Of a stretch of DNA of 64,000 nucleotides, positions 49,085 to 63,436 are shown one piece after another. Every line of letters starts with the position of its first letter. Position 1 is the stretch's first letter. Location of the stretch: positions 124,001-188,000 of the forward strand of contig NW_019029021.1 of the NCBI RefSeq assembly GCF_002105155.1, given 5' to 3'. The position numbers and the translations under genes were made by a program. Under the pieces are notes generated by a model, which had not been told where the DNA came from, made no database searches, and saw only the letters and a list, made by a program, of their open reading frames with translations. This DNA is from Lobosporangium transversale. Lineage: Eukaryota.

Positions 49085-49397
49085 CATTATATATTATTTA
49101 TTTATTTATTTTTAGGTGAATTGAAAAAAGACATTACGTGTATTCTGGACACACAACAAATACAATTTAGTCGTGGCGCAGAGGATGCATGTACCCCTGA
49201 CAGTCAATAAAAGTAAAAAAAAAAAGGCTTGCAACAACAACACCCATGACACCGAAGGCTTAAATTCGCTCAATATATCCCTTAACGGTCAATACAGACA
49301 TTGATGTAAACATAAATATAAATATATAAAATATAAAGTAGTACAAAATATACATGAATATCAAGCGCTTCTTGAGGTGTATTACTAAAAACCTATT

Positions 49398-49434
<37 letters not shown>

Positions 49435-49694
49435 CGACTTGACAATTATCTGGGGCATTGCTATTTATTTGTACGTCATTCAAAATGACGCCTAAAAGCT
49501 AAATTTGTTCCTCCCATTTGAACTACAAAGTAATCTTTTGATACTTTTTTTTTTTTTTTTTTTTTTTTTTGGGTGAATATTCAATCTTCGATAAACGTTG
49601 GGTATTCCTAAAAAAGGAAGAAAAAGAAAAAAGAAACTCTCAAATACTTCAACCAAGAGGTGGGGAAAAGAAAGAAGAAGGAGAAGAAAAGAAC

Positions 49695-51287
49695 CTAACG
49701 TTCACGTTCATGATCTTCTAAAGAGGATTCCGGGTTGCTGCCTGCTTCCATCTGGTACAAGTCAACATACTTTCGAAGTTCTTCTTCCAATGCCACGATG
49801 TAATCAACGGCTTTTCGAAGGATCGTCGCCTTGGAATCGGTGTTTTGGGCGCATTCGGGAATAACACTCTTGAGTTCATCAAATCCGCCGTTGATCTTCT
49901 CTCGTCTCTTCTGTTCCGAGATGATGTGAGCCACACGGCGTGTCGGGTCCACAGGCTCCTTTGGTGTAGGCACAACCGAGGGAACCTTACGTGTCTGACG
50001 ACCATGATACTTGCGTGGAGCCGAAGTTTGAGGCGCTCGAGGCGGGAGAGCACGTGCTGGAGGGATGATCCGAGGAGCAGGGATGGTCAAACTTTTGCTC
50101 CGCGTCCTGGGAGAGTTTTGGGGTTGAGCCTCCTGTGGCTGCGACTGCTGCGAAGGTGAGGATTGGGGCTGAAATTGGTTGTAACTGCTATTTGCAGGCA
50201 ACGAGGAAGACATGGCAGCAGAAGTCAACTGTTGCTGTTGCTGCTGCTGCTGTCTCTGGAAGTGCTGAGTGATCGCGGAGGAGATCGCGTTGAATGAAGG
50301 GGTTTGGGCGGTAGAGGTGGGGATAAATCCGGAGGAATGGTGTTGATACATCATCGGAAGGCTTTGAGGTTGGAAGGAGGGTGTCGTTGGAGTGGTAGCT
50401 GAAGGTCCGGAATAATGAGAGGAAAACGCAGGGCGGCCACGGGTAGCCCCGGGCATGGCCATGGGCATGGCAGCTGAAGAAGATGATCCGGAAGGTGACG
50501 GGGAGGAAGAAGGCATCACGGAAAGTGAGGCAAGAGACGCAAGCGAGGTTTCAATTCCATGGATGCTGGTATTGTTGTTGTTGTTGTTGTTGTTGTTACC
50601 ACCATTACCGCCTGTACGACCATGTGAGTGCTGATGGTGAGAGTATCCAGCAGTGCTCGAAGCCAATAGACCAGGCGAAAGCATGGAAGAAGTCATAGGA
50701 CTGGTGTCTGAAGTAATTGATCCAGGCGATGAAGGCGATAAAGGGGAGGAAGGAGCAAAGCCGGTGAAGCCTGAAGGGATAACAAAACCCTGAGTGACCT
50801 GAGAATTGGAGAGGCTCCTATGATGATGCAGACCCATCATTCCGCCACTGTCTTGGGCTTGGTTGCGATCTTCGGACTTTTTATCATCCTCTTCGTCCAT
50901 CTCGTCTTCATCAATGTCCTCGTCACTGATCATGTCATCAGTGTTTTTGATGTTGATATGTTGATGGCCTCCTCCGAATGATGGTTGCTGAAACATACTG
51001 GGACGATCTTGGTTAGTGCTGGCAGTGTTGCCTCGTGCGAAGCTGCCATTGTTGTCCATGTTACTGTCACCGTTAGCCTGACTGCTCTTTTTTCTTAAGC
51101 CATAGCCGTATCCCTGAGACTGCTGACGCTGTAATCTCCGATGTTGTTGAATTTGCTCCTGGAGCTGACGGACTTGCTGTGATTGCGGTAGGTGGTTCAG
51201 ATTACTCGATAGCCCCAGAGCCGAGGCTGGCTTTGACCAGGACGGAGGAGGATTCATGTCTAAGTCAACAACAAGAGACGAGTGCAT
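49695..51287 (-). CDS. bHLH transcription factor (C-terminal bHLH, long disordered N-terminus)
   Basis: RRVAHIISEQKRREKINGGFDELKSVIP..SKATILRKAVDYI. Confidence 0.92.
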   Translation of the reverse strand: MHSSLVVDLDMNPPPSWSKPASALGLSSNLNHLPQSQQVRQLQEQIQQHRRLQRQQSQGYGYGLRKKSSQANGDSNMDNNGSFARGNTASTNQDRPSMFQQPSFGGGHQHINIKNTDDMISDEDIDEDEMDEEDDKKSEDRNQAQDSGGMMGLHHHRSLSNSQVTQGFVIPSGFTGFAPSSPLSPSSPGSITSDTSPMTSSMLSPGLLASSTAGYSHHQHSHGRTGGNGGNNNNNNNNNTSIHGIETSLASLASLSVMPSSSPSPSGSSSSAAMPMAMPGATRGRPAFSSHYSGPSATTPTTPSFQPQSLPMMYQHHSSGFIPTSTAQTPSFNAISSAITQHFQRQQQQQQQQLTSAAMSSSLPANSSYNQFQPQSSPSQQSQPQEAQPQNSPRTRSKSLTIPAPRIIPPARALPPRAPQTSAPRKYHGRQTRKVPSVVPTPKEPVDPTRRVAHIISEQKRREKINGGFDELKSVIPECAQNTDSKATILRKAVDYIVALEEELRKYVDLYQMEAGSNPESSLEDHERER

Positions 51288-53039
51288 TGATTGACAGAGA
51301 AACCGAATAGTACTTGAAAGATAAAGAGGAAAAAAAGTAGAGAGATAAAAAAAAAAAAAAAAAATTGGAAGACAATAAAAAGAAAAACGGTTTTTGCGCT
51401 TCCAGGTTTATTATTAAAACTTGAAGAGAATAAAAAGTCGGTGAAGACAAAGACGAAACGGTATAGATATGAATGGATGACTAAATTTGAGAGGAAAGAA
51501 GGTAGATGGATCGGTAGATGGATTGAGTACAGGATCAAAGTTGTGTTTCTTGATAAAGTCTCAAGGATGGTTTGTAGGTGTGTGTAGGAAAAGGATTTAA
51601 AAGGACCAAAGATGGTCAGACAGGAAGGGGGAGAGGTAGGAGGAAGGAGGAAGGAAGGAAGAGGAAGAGGAAGAGGAAGGTAAGAAGAGGAAGAGGAGGA
51701 GCGAGAAGAGGTAGAGTAGGAGGGTAGGAAGAGGTAGAGTAGGAAGAGGAGAAGGAAGGAGGAAGGGAGGAGGAGGAGAGGGAGGAAAAGCGAGAGGCAG
51801 AGAGAAAGAGTGAAGAGCACCAACGAAAGGTAAAGAGTGAGAGAGAAAGAGAGCGAGAGAAGAATAAGGAAAAAAAAGAAAATCCTGGAAGCGCAAAGGA
51901 AACCAAGAAAGAGAAACAATTGAGAAAGAGGAGATTGGGAGGATGGAAGGTATTTATATTCGTTGGAAATACAATCCGCGGTGAAATGTCAGGATGAAAG
52001 TGGAAATGGGGCGATTTGATAAAGAGATATTTGTGCCACTAACAAACAGAGTTGGAACATTGTATTTTAATGCGCCCTCTCGGGAATCATGGACCCTTGT
52101 GGCAGAAAAGACCGATAACAAAATAACAAATAACAAATTACAGCTGAGAAAGCGAAAGTGATCAGTCCATTTAAAAACTAATACAGCTTTTTTTTTTTTT
52201 ATTTTATTTTATTTTGTTTTATTTTGAATGCTATCTATCAATGATTACATTTATACATACAGAAAGTATATATATTTATATACATGAATCTATCTTGACT
52301 TCAAACGTGACAGCGAACAATCCAATCGAATTATCGAATTTATCTTTTATGGCTCGTCACCCCTGTGGTGTCAAAGGAAGGGGTGAAGGATGGGATGAGA
52401 AAGGAGAAAGGACCAAGCAAGGGACCATTGACATTGAGACATCATCAAAGCAAGGAGGGTAGGGAACACTTTTTTTTTTTCTTTTGATCATTGCATTGCA
52501 TTCAACATTCATGGATAAGAAAAGAAAGAAAAAAAAACAAAGAGACAAGAGGAGGATCTCGGGGAAAGAGAGGCATTTGATAGAAAAAAGTCATCATGAA
52601 TCCTTCTATCCCAAACAACTCTATCCATTTCAAAAAAGCCTTGCAGCCTACTAACAAAATAAATGATATTTATTTGCATTTATATCTTGTACATACATGT
52701 ATATCTCTTTACTTGTTCTTCTGCCTTAAAGTAAACAAGTTCCACCACAAATAAAATACTGCCTCTTGTATGTCTTGTCTCGCATGGCAATCCCTTGCTT
52801 CACTAGCCAGTGCACGGTTTCTTCTCCTTTATTTCACTGTCCAATGCATTCTTGACTTTATCACTATCTTATTTTTTATTCTATTGCTGCTATTTCTTTA
52901 TTTTATTTTATTTTATTTTATTCCATGTCTTGGTCTAGTTTCATCTCGTTGTACAGTCCATGCACAAAGAAAAGAAAAGAAAAAAGACAAAGAGAGATCG
53001 AACCGATCGAAAAAGATGAATGAAAGAGAAAGGACGACG

Positions 53040-53070
<31 letters not shown>

Positions 53071-53999
53071 TGTGCTTTGATTAATGACTAACATGTTAAT
53101 TAAAATGAAAGCCATATCCAAAAAAAAAAAAAAAAAAAAAAAAGGAGTAGAAAGGGAAGGATAAAAAAAAAAAAATGAATTTCGTAGATGGTAAAGGATG
53201 AGTAGATACGCTCAGATACAAACTTTCGCGACGACGTCTCCCTCATATCCTCTCTCTCTGCCCCTTCCCATTACGGATATCTCCTTTTTTGCCTTTGCTG
53301 GACATGTGGTTAGCATTTGCCGATTCTGTTTTCTCCCCCCTTTGTCCACAGCGCTTTTTTCTTGTCTTTGTTGTCAGTGCTCAAACTCATGCCATGCTAT
53401 CAAATTTTCATATGACAGCGGCTGTGACACTGTGACACCATGACAAAAGGGACAGAAGGGAGGACAAAGGACATAATCAAATTAACACGTTTATTCTTCC
53501 TACTGTATGACCCACAGATATAGTCTAACATGTTCTTTATGATGGATTATAAATGATGTCTTGTTGCAACGAAGGGGGAGGGACGCAGGTGGGGAGAGGG
53601 GCCAAGAAAACATTCTTCCTTCCCGTAGATTGATCGTAGGTATCCTTTTTTTTTGCCTAGATTTCTCTCTCCCTCCATAACGTCTTCATTGCTGTTGTAT
53701 ATTAGTTCCGTCTAGTTGTGAAGACATTTGGAGTAATATGCTTATGCGTATATTTATATAATACATGTGTAAGTGTTTCTATTCAATACTCGATTGTATC
53801 CGTGTTCAAAAAAGACTTTGAATGTTTACTATGGATAGAGATAGGGAATGATCTTTTGATTGGCTGGATCGCATACGGAGTCATTGGTCACTGGTTCCAT
53901 TCTGACATTTTGTCTGTCCCGCCCGCACCAATTCTCGTTACACACCCGTAAAAAAAACTTTGCTCTTGTGTCATGCGTGGCATTGGCTCTCAATTGTTT

Positions 54000-54037
<38 letters not shown>

Positions 54038-54340
54038 TTGGTAAAAAAATGCCGCGTGGAAGGCTGAGCTGACAAGGCAACGACATTACACGAAACCACA
54101 GCATTCCTTCATTCTCTTACAAAGAATAAAAAATATATATATATATATTGGAAAAACATGATATTCCTACAGATCTCTATGAAAAAATCCTGCACATCAT
54201 CGATAAGCACCATGCTCCATGACACGTACAAAAACAAACAGGAGTAAAGCCCATTTTTAGTTTAATTAAAATCTATGGTAACGCTTCTTCCAACTGCACC
54301 ATCTGTTTTTTCCCTTTTTTTTTTTTTTTTTTTTTTTTTT

Positions 54341-56422
54341 CTAGAGCTTGATGTCACCATGCTTCTTCAACATGGGTCGGATATACTCCTTGTATCCATC
54401 GCAGACCTCTTGTCGATTCAAAGGCTCAGACTGAGCTTTATCCCACAGTCGTTTGTATGCATCACCATCCGACGCACCCAATGCGGATGCCAACAGATAA
54501 TCCGGATGATAAAACGCGTCCACTAGACCTACAGCATCATCTGCTAAACTTGCTACCAGCACTTTCACTTGTGCTCGAAGTGATTGGCATTGAGCTGGTG
54601 AGAAGTAACCATCCTCCACAAAATCTGCCAGATTCGTTTGAATGGTATGCAACGCGTGCAGGTGCGAGAGCTTCATCAACACCTTGGCCGTCTCGGGCTT
54701 GGCTCGACAATCCTCGTCGGCCTCGGGATCGAGAGCTTCCTCGATCGCTTGTAAGAACCAGAGAACCATGACATATTGCGCATGGGCATGTGATACCCTG
54801 TAGCATTCAATATTGTGGTCCGACCATGTTTTCTTATTACCGTGGCTCGCCTCAACTGCATCGTAAAGTTCCATCGCCAATCGTGCACAGCGGTGCTCAA
54901 GGGCTGCGATCTGTATCTCCGGTTTAAGCCAATCCTCAGGTCTGATGACAGAGCATGAAGATCTCGAGAACCGTTCACCATCTAGCGTCAAGAGCAGATA
55001 CTTTGAGAATGGCGTCACCTTGTCAGGATCTGATCTGGCTCTCTTGAGTTCCTTCAGCAGGTATCGGGCCATTTGCTGCGTTAGCACGTAGTTGTCCCCC
55101 TCATACGTATTAGAGGGCACAATCTCTGCAAACATGTGCGCCAGACCTGTAAAATATGAATACCCATGTCCACCTAGCAACTTTCGGCATTCCTCTGCGC
55201 CCGTTGCTCCAATGGTAGTGCAGTAGGATTTCAATGCAGAGGATGTAGCATGGACTTCGGCCAGTGCATCAACCTTGCCACTCGATAGGCTGGTCATTAG
55301 ATTGATGTACATATTCATCATGACCGATCCTGCAGCGTAGAGCGCATAGGCTTGAGCAATCATGGGGAAGAGACGGTTCTGGACCATGGGATAGTTGATC
55401 ACCTGAGTCTCAAGGCCAGGATTCAACTCTGCGTCGTTTCGGCTCGTAGGATTGTTGAACTGACGACGCACAGTCAGATAACGCGTAGAGATTGTAGTGG
55501 CACGTGATAGGTACAAGGCCATCTGGCGAATCAGGACAGATCGCAACAAAACCATGGAGCCATATGACAGCTAAAAGAGAAGGGAGAAAAAAAAAAAAAA
55601 AAAAAAAAAAAGGATGTAAGCCAAATGGGAGTATATGGTTACAAAAGATTTGAAAAAGTATCACTTAAAAAGGGGCTTTTACCTTATCATGAGGTGGTTT
55701 CGTAAACACACCATCTCTGGAGACTTTGGAGAATCGCATCAGCATATTCTCGCGTGGAATGCGATACTTGTTGAAGCGAGCAACTATAACGAGGTTGGAA
55801 ATAAAATTAAAAAGATAGTAGTCAGTCAATATTAAACTTCTCGGGTGCTCGTCCTTTCTCTTCTCATTCAGTTAATATGTGTGCTTTATATGAATCCTAC
55901 AGCTTACATCCATTATCCATTTTGTTAAAGCCTCCATAGGCTTTAGGACCAATATCTCCGACCTCAATGCCCGGGAAAGGTTTGTGGTCCTCCAAGGATC
56001 GAATAGGGACTACAAAGACATGAGCACCATAATCTTTGCCATCAATGATCAATTTGGCCTGGACAACTGCATGGGTGCAGATGGTACCTAATCCACCAAT
56101 CCACCATTTGGCGGCTGTGAAGGTGGTGCTGTTGATCTCCCATTCGTCCGTCTCCTTAATGAACGTGGCTGTGGTTTCAAGGTTGGAGAGGTTTGAACCA
56201 TGACCAAGCTCTGTCTGGGCATAGCACCCAATGATCTGGTACTTTTGAGCAGGAACAACCCATTTTTCAATCTGTTCGTCAGTTCCTTGAGCATCGATTA
56301 CAGGGATAAAGGCTTATTTTTTAAAAAAATAAATAAAATAAAATAACAAAAGATAAAGGAATGAATATCAAGATGCTTTCTTCACAAGAATGAGCTACAT
56401 TGTAAGAATTCTGTCAATGACG

Positions 56423-56455
<33 letters not shown>

Positions 56456-56767
56456 TCCGTTGTGTAGAAGAATCTTGCAATAGCATAAATAAAAGAAGAT
56501 TTAATTTTATTCAATTAGACTTTTTTCTCCACATTTCCCCACAGGTCAAAGTTTTTTTACTTTTCATTTTTTTAAATACGACTTACTGGAAGCGGGTCGT
56601 CAATGGCCTCAACGACTGTCGCAAAGTCAAGGTGGTTTAGATCATTTTCCAACATAATCTCAGCTAGTCGAGCCGACATGGCAATGCCACGCTTGACAGC
56701 ATCCGTATGATTCAACCATGCCCTGAGGAAAACACAAACATATTTATAAATGTTGCTGTTAGCTTGA

Positions 56768-56803
<36 letters not shown>

Positions 56804-57014
56804 TTTTTTCTTTTATTCAACGGGTGTCAGCAGAGTAAAAATACCAATCATCCTTGTTGAAGATGGGCTCACGAGCAATGAGATCAATAATATATCGACG
56901 ATGCTCCACATTCGAGGGCCCATTATAGAGGAAATTGGTCATGTTGGTGACATCGAACGACGTCTTTGTCCTGGCATGGGCCAGATCCTTTTTATTTTGT
57001 GAGTCTTCTGTCAT
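54341..57014 (-). CDS. Peroxisomal acyl-CoA oxidase; exons 57014-56845, 56722-56587, 56473-56455, 56312-55908, 55783-55683, 55570-54341
   Basis: QGTDEQ, GCYAQTELGHGSN, KWWIGGLG, MDNG, RYLTVRRQF, CRKLLGGHGYS, TYEGDN; all junctions GT-AG and in frame. Confidence 0.93.
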
Positions 57015-57748
57015 GATATTTCTCTAGTGTCAAGGTGTCTAGAGGAGGAAAAAAAAAAAAAAAAAAGTGCTGAAGAGGAATGAGAACTGATGAATGAAAG
57101 GAATGAAAGCAAATGATGGAGGGAAAGAGGAGAGAAATGAATGGGAACTATTTTTTTCGGCTCACGAATAACGACAGAGTTGGAGAGGTCCGTTTGTTTA
57201 GAGTGTGTTTATTCCAATGATGGGACGATTCGGTTGCCCAATGGATGTCAAGGGGAAAATTGAACGGGTGGATGTAACTATTCCTCATTCCAACCTATCA
57301 AATATCAAATCGCGTTAATTGAACCAGGACGTTCATGTAATCCAGCTTTTGTCAGTCCTGCCTGCCTTTCACTCTTTTAATCTCGGTTCATGATCCCATG
57401 ACCTTTACTCATCCATAAACTGAACACAAACAACAAAGTCTCGGTCAAGAAAAAAAAAAAAAAAAAAAAAAAACGATAGTTCATTTGTCTTAGTTAGTGG
57501 CGGTTTTTCTTTTTTAATTTTGCTGTGTCAGAATCTGATGAATTCAACTGGCTATGCCCCACTCACCTTTATACACACACACGCACCTACATAGACTGGG
57601 GAACCTCGAACATCTGGTATCTTTGCGCCTCAAGCACCTGGCATCCCCTCATCTACTTGCATCTTCATCTGTTATACTATACTATACTATAGAATCATGT
57701 GAAACAGAGGTGACCAACACTGACACCTACAATACCATGTCGTTTACT

Positions 57749-57787
<39 letters not shown>

Positions 57788-58623
57788 GATCAAACGTCAT
57801 TTACAATGGATACAATGATGATAGGATGGGACCCCGTTCTTCCTTCTTCTACCTTCTTCTATGTCAGTATGTCAGTAATATCACAATAAAGAAAACAAAG
57901 CTGACGATAAGAAGCAAAAAAATATATTTATAAAAACCCTTTCATCCTTTTTCTTTTTTTTTTCTTTTTTAATCTCTTCCTCTTCATCCTCCGAGTATAC
58001 AACAACTCAAGGCTTTCCCCTCCTACTCAAGTATTCAAGGCCCACATCTTGGACAGGATTTAATGCCAACAAGAAGATAAAGAGGCAAGAAAGAAAAGAA
58101 AAGAAAAGGAAAAAAAAAAAAAAAAGCCAGCAATAATAACAATGGAGTTCTACAGTTTCCAATATCCTCCTCGTCCCATTCCATCCGATCATCACCGTCC
58201 TACACGGTATTATTTCCATAATCTGGATCAGGATCGAATCATCCAAAGGAAGAATCATCAAGTCTTCTTCCAGAAGGAAGGTGTTCCCCCTAAAGTCCTG
58301 CCTATCACTGCCACCACCATCACCACTCCCACTCTCACTTCTACTACCACTACCACTAGCTCTAGCTCTAGCTCTACTTCTACTCCTACCTCTGCTGCTG
58401 CTGACTGTACAAGTTTAAGGGGTATCTCGGAGGTCAGGGTTTTGGACAGGACTAAATTCTTGATCGAATAATAGAAACAATCAATAACAATCATAAAACA
58501 GTAAACAGTAGAATTCCTCCCCCTCCCCCCCCCAAACTATCATCACTGCGCCTTACAATGAAAAATAAAAAAAAGTCTCAATTTTTTTTTTTTTTTTTTT
58601 TTTTTTTATTGTCAGTAAAAGAG

Positions 58624-61600
58624 TTATGGCTTCATTGTCATCCAGCAAAGATCTTCTTTTCCAAGCACTTCTACATTCCTAGCTCGAGCCTTAACACGTA
58701 GGTTACGATCATCTGTCACCAAATAGATACCAGAACCTTGGTTTTGTTGTCCCAAACCCTTGTTCGACTGCGATCCAACTGAGGGTGAGCCAGCTAGGGA
58801 TGAAAATGACGATCCATTATTTTCCTGATGCCAGAAACATAGCCCAAGGATGAAGTCATCCACATTGTGATTACGCATAATCTCTTCATCTCCATCGTAC
58901 TCCTCCTCATCTCGATCATCGCCATAGGTCGATACAGTACCCGCGGTGGAGCCTGTTTTTCTATGTTGTGATGAATATTGCTGCTGTTGCTGTTGCTGTT
59001 GTTGCTGTTGTTGTTGCTGTTGCTGTTGTTGTTGCTGCTGCTGCTCAAAATTAAAAGACTCGACTCGGAAACTCAAGTCGTTCATGTAGTTGCCTCGGCT
59101 AGTCTGGATCTTGAGTCGACGTGGCTTGGGTCGCATGGCTAGACATCCTTCAAGATAATTCAATGCTGCTGCTGCTGCCGGTCCAAGTGGCGCAGGATTG
59201 TTCTTGAGACCATCCAGTTCCGTAATCACTGCCAAAGGAATAATAACCGTCCATCGGTCCGCAGAAATCACACGTTGAATCACCGTCCAGTCAGCCACCA
59301 AACAGTTGGTATCAATCACCAATATCGCATTATCTGCAACCATGGCTCTGCGCTGATGCTGTTGCGAGGATCGATGTTGGCCACTTGCTGTCGGGTTCCG
59401 ACGATCCACGTATCCACTTCGTCCACTACCAGTACCCTTGGATTTTCTTCCGGGACTTCTACTTTGATTGTCGTATGCAGAAGCCAAAGGTGAATTTCGA
59501 GCTCTATGATCACGCTGCAGCGACCCGAGCTTGGCATTTTCTCTTCCATTCAAACTCGACTCTCCCAGCAATGATTTGAGTTGGTCTCGCTTCGATTTGA
59601 GTTCCATAATCTCTGCTGTGGAATAATCCATGCCATCTGAAGAAAACAATGCACCTTCGTCGTCCTCGATCCCAGAATCATGGCTGATACTAGCATGGGA
59701 CGATGACATGATGTTATCGTCTGTAGAATAGTCCTCAGTGCTCGTCCCGTTAAAAGCATTACGGCCGTTATGACGGCTGGATAGTGTGGATGACATTGCT
59801 TCAAATTCCTCGATCTTTGTAGTGTATCCATCACCGATCTTGAATGCATTCTCACAGAAATCAAACTCCACAATCTCCATATGCTATATTGAAATGAATG
59901 ATAGGAATAATAAAAAGGTGAGAAAAGTTAAAATTTAACTTGATTCAAAATCCATCCATGACAAGAAAAAAAAAAAAAAAAAAAAAAAAAGCTCTATTAA
60001 CTATACCATTGCAGCAATAAGACTTAATTCGACAAGACGTTTGATCAAGTGTTCTGTTGTCAACGATCCTTGCTTCCAGAGATTATCACCTTTCAATTCC
60101 ATGTCATCCATGGCCGGTTGTGGTCCCTCAAACGTCTGCTTTCCAAAACGACAAGTGGGCAGCCAAGCGAGTCCACGCAACTCCCATTCGTGACCAAGAG
60201 GAGGTGGCGATACCTTGAATAACGGCTTCTCTTGCACTGTTGCTTCCTCTCGGTCCAATTCTGAACTCGCCGTGTGATTCGACATTTCCTCAGATAATGC
60301 TGAAAGCATATCCGATTGTTCAAAAGGTGACATTTTATTCCAGTGATGGTTCATAAACTTCGTCAATGTTGTCCAAAATGTCGGTAATGTCTCGAGATTC
60401 ACCATCATCTCCCAATTATCAGTCATGTTGCTTCCAGATCCAAAGGGGCGGCTGGCCATCCATAAAAGGACGACATGGCAATACACAAGCCATCCTTGCT
60501 GCTCCTCAATAGACAATGTTGCCACCTTCTTCTGGGACTCTTCAACGCTGGTCAAGTAACGTTGCATTGCTTGTTCCATTGTCAATAAAAGAAGTTTGGA
60601 TGAGTATGGAAGGGTTACCACTGTTGCCAAATGATCCGTTAAAGCGCCAAATGCAGTGTTGGACTTTGCAATCGCCGAGGAGCTCCAGTTGAACTCGTAA
60701 ATAGCTGAAATATTGATAACAGCCATCATGAAGTAAAATCCATCCCATCGCGTCGATCGAGTAGAATCCTTCAAGCTCTGTTCTTTACTCGAATCGTCCG
60801 TAAGCAATGAGTGCTGGGTGTGAAGGACCTTCAATTGTTTCGAAAAGTTTCGAAGTCTCCTTTCAAAGTTATCGAGATTGATCTTCTCAAAGAGCATAGC
60901 GTGAAGTAACAAGAACGAGCCCTCACAGTCCTTGAAGGTCGTATTGACGAGGCTAGCCTGTCGAGTTTTTGAGCTGTTTTTCAACGACAAGTCCTGAAGT
61001 TGTCTGATTTGTTCATTTGCTGCAAAAAACGAGGTCAATGTATCACGTGCGTTCATAAAGGATGATCGAACTGTCAAACTAAAGTGATTATCATGTTTTT
61101 TAATGGACGCAAGGGAAAGGATATTAATACTTATTTCCCCCTATTAGATTAATTTTCGCCAGCAACGATGCTTTCAGGATAACAGGATAACTTACCTCTT
61201 GCTATAGTAATACAAGGATTCTAATCCTCGGCAACCTGCCAAGAGTGCAAGCTGATTATACATTTTGCCATTACCAGGACCAACATCAATCGCTTCGCGG
61301 TACAATCTTCGTGCCACAATCAACCAATTAGTAGGTGGCGAAGCATCATCATCCAACTTGTGCAACCATCGGTAACGTGCAAGGTCGCCCAAGATGCCAA
61401 TGCATCGATGCCATCGGGGGACGTATGCTGTCTGTGCAAGACCGCCATTAGGTGTCGCATGCTTGGCTTCTAGCTTTTGAAGAGTCGACTTGAGAGTCCC
61501 ATAAAATTCTTGAGCGAACGTAATGAATTGTGCAAAGTAATGTCGAATGGTCTCACTATGGTCTTCATCCGACTCGGAAAGCGATTGGTTGGCATGATCG

Positions 61601-62919
61601 GAATTCCTTAATGCTACACGAAAGGTCTCGATAAGCGGATAAATGGCGAGTTTCCAGCACCGAGTATCAATGTCATGCTTTACCGATGACTTGAAGTCGG
61701 CCTGTATTAACTGGAGATATTTTGATGCTAGTCTAGAAAAGTAATACAAACAAATATAAATAAATAAATAAATAAAAAAAAAAAAAAAAAAAAAAAAAAG
61801 ATGAGTTTTGCATAATTCAATAAAGTTACCACACTTGCACGCGCCTATTGTGACACCAACATTTATACATCCTAACAGTAACACTCTTTTTTTGCTGTGT
61901 TGACATCCCAACAATTTCTTTTGGAAAATCACATTGTACCTTTTGGAGTTGTCCATGCGTTGATGCCACGCCAAATGGCCGCTTTGTCTACTATTACTGT
62001 CCATGTCATCGTCACTATCCAAAGTCCGACGTGCAGGCTTCTCCATCATCTTCTTTTCCAGCTGCTGGATATCTCTAGTCAACTTGACTAAACCATCCAC
62101 ATGTGAAGGCGTAGTTGCTGAGGGTGAACTCTGTTTTGAAGGTTGATTAGGAATAACTGCGGCGGTCGTCGTCGTCGGAGCAATAGAGGCAGATGATACA
62201 GAGGCGCCTTCATGACGCACTGACTGCGGCTGCGGCCGATTGGGATCATATAATCTATGGTTCTGTTGCTGTCTCTGCTGTTGCTGCTGCTTCTGCTGCT
62301 TCTGCTGCTTCTGCGAACCATGACTCGATCGCCTGTGAGCACCTAAATCATGATTATAGGTGTCACCTGGATTAGAGCGTGTGAATGACTGTTGCTGTTG
62401 TTGTGTTGTCGAGGTAGAAGGCACAACCGGGATAGGGTCTCTTTTAGGATCAAAAAGTCGGCCAGTTGATCCCGTGGGCCTACTAGAGCTGGTGTCGGAG
62501 GCCGCGCCAGTGTTGTTCTCCCTTCGAGAGAGATATCCCCGTGAACGCTCGACAGGTGCACTTGATACACAAGCCGCTGTGGACTCTGAATCATTTTCGG
62601 AGGCAGTTGTGCTATTACGGCGGGCTTTATTGCTACTGCTGCCCTTGCCGCCACTACCGCCTTTACCGTTATTACTGTAGGTAGTTCTGTTAGAGGCATT
62701 GTTGTTATTGGCGCCAGTGCCGGTGGAGGAGGAGCTGGTACCAGCGTTGGCTGAGTTTAGTCCATTGTGTAAATCTGAATTAAAGGAGGGACTCTTTTCA
62801 AGTTTCTTTGGATGATTGCTGCTGGAGCGTTGTTTTCGCGAGCGGGCAGGTTTTGCAGAAGTGGAAGCTGAGTCTGGAGGTACGTATGGAACTGTCAAAC
62901 CAGGCTTTGCTGTGCTCAT
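58624..62919 (-). CDS. SMG6/EST1-like protein (EST1 TPR-like domain + C-terminal PIN nuclease); exons 62919-61940, 61732-61196, 61078-60007, 59883-58624
   Basis: LGDLARYR, PGNGKMYNQLA, YYYSKSL; PIN motifs LVIDTN, VITELDGLK, DDFIL, LVTDDRNLRVKA. Confidence 0.88.
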
Positions 62920-63436
62920 CACTCGCGGGTATCTGGGAACGGTAGGATAGAGAGAATGGGGTGCAAAAGGCGAATAACGTAACTATCAATATTAGGAAAA
63001 TGCGGGAGGTGTGGTCCAATAGACAATAGAGAAGGGTTATTAAAAGGCGAGCTGAGGCTGCAAAAGTTTGTTATAATGGAGTGATGAGAATAAAGAAGAA
63101 ATTGATGAATGTTGGAAATGGAAGAAAAGAGAACATTAAATCAAAGAAAAAAATAATAATGATAATAATAAAAACAATAAAGATTTGAAATCCATGAGAA
63201 GCAACACAATGCTTTTTCTGGGAAGTTGTCACACTGTCATGAGCCTTCAGTGTTTATATTTCATGGATAGCACCATCTAAAAAATATAAACATGTGGTGG
63301 GGCGCCGCAGTTGATTACAACCCCTGCGTAGTGTCATGGAAGCTGGTGGCAGGTGACACAAAAAAAGTTGACTACGTAAGGAGAGTTGGATATTAAAGGC
63401 AAAACGTTGTTTATCTTTAAAATGTGGTTTGATAGG

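Noticed and set aside
51260..51950. Several overlapping F/L/S-rich ORFs
   Set aside because: Artefacts of the polypyrimidine leader upstream of the bHLH gene
56088..56294. Apparent frameshift in acyl-CoA oxidase suggested by the ORF track
   Set aside because: The correct frame reads DEQIEKWVVPAQKYQIIGCYAQTELGHGSN without interruption
58007..58494. T/S-rich short ORFs
   Set aside because: Simple repeats in the intergenic/3' region of the SMG6-like gene
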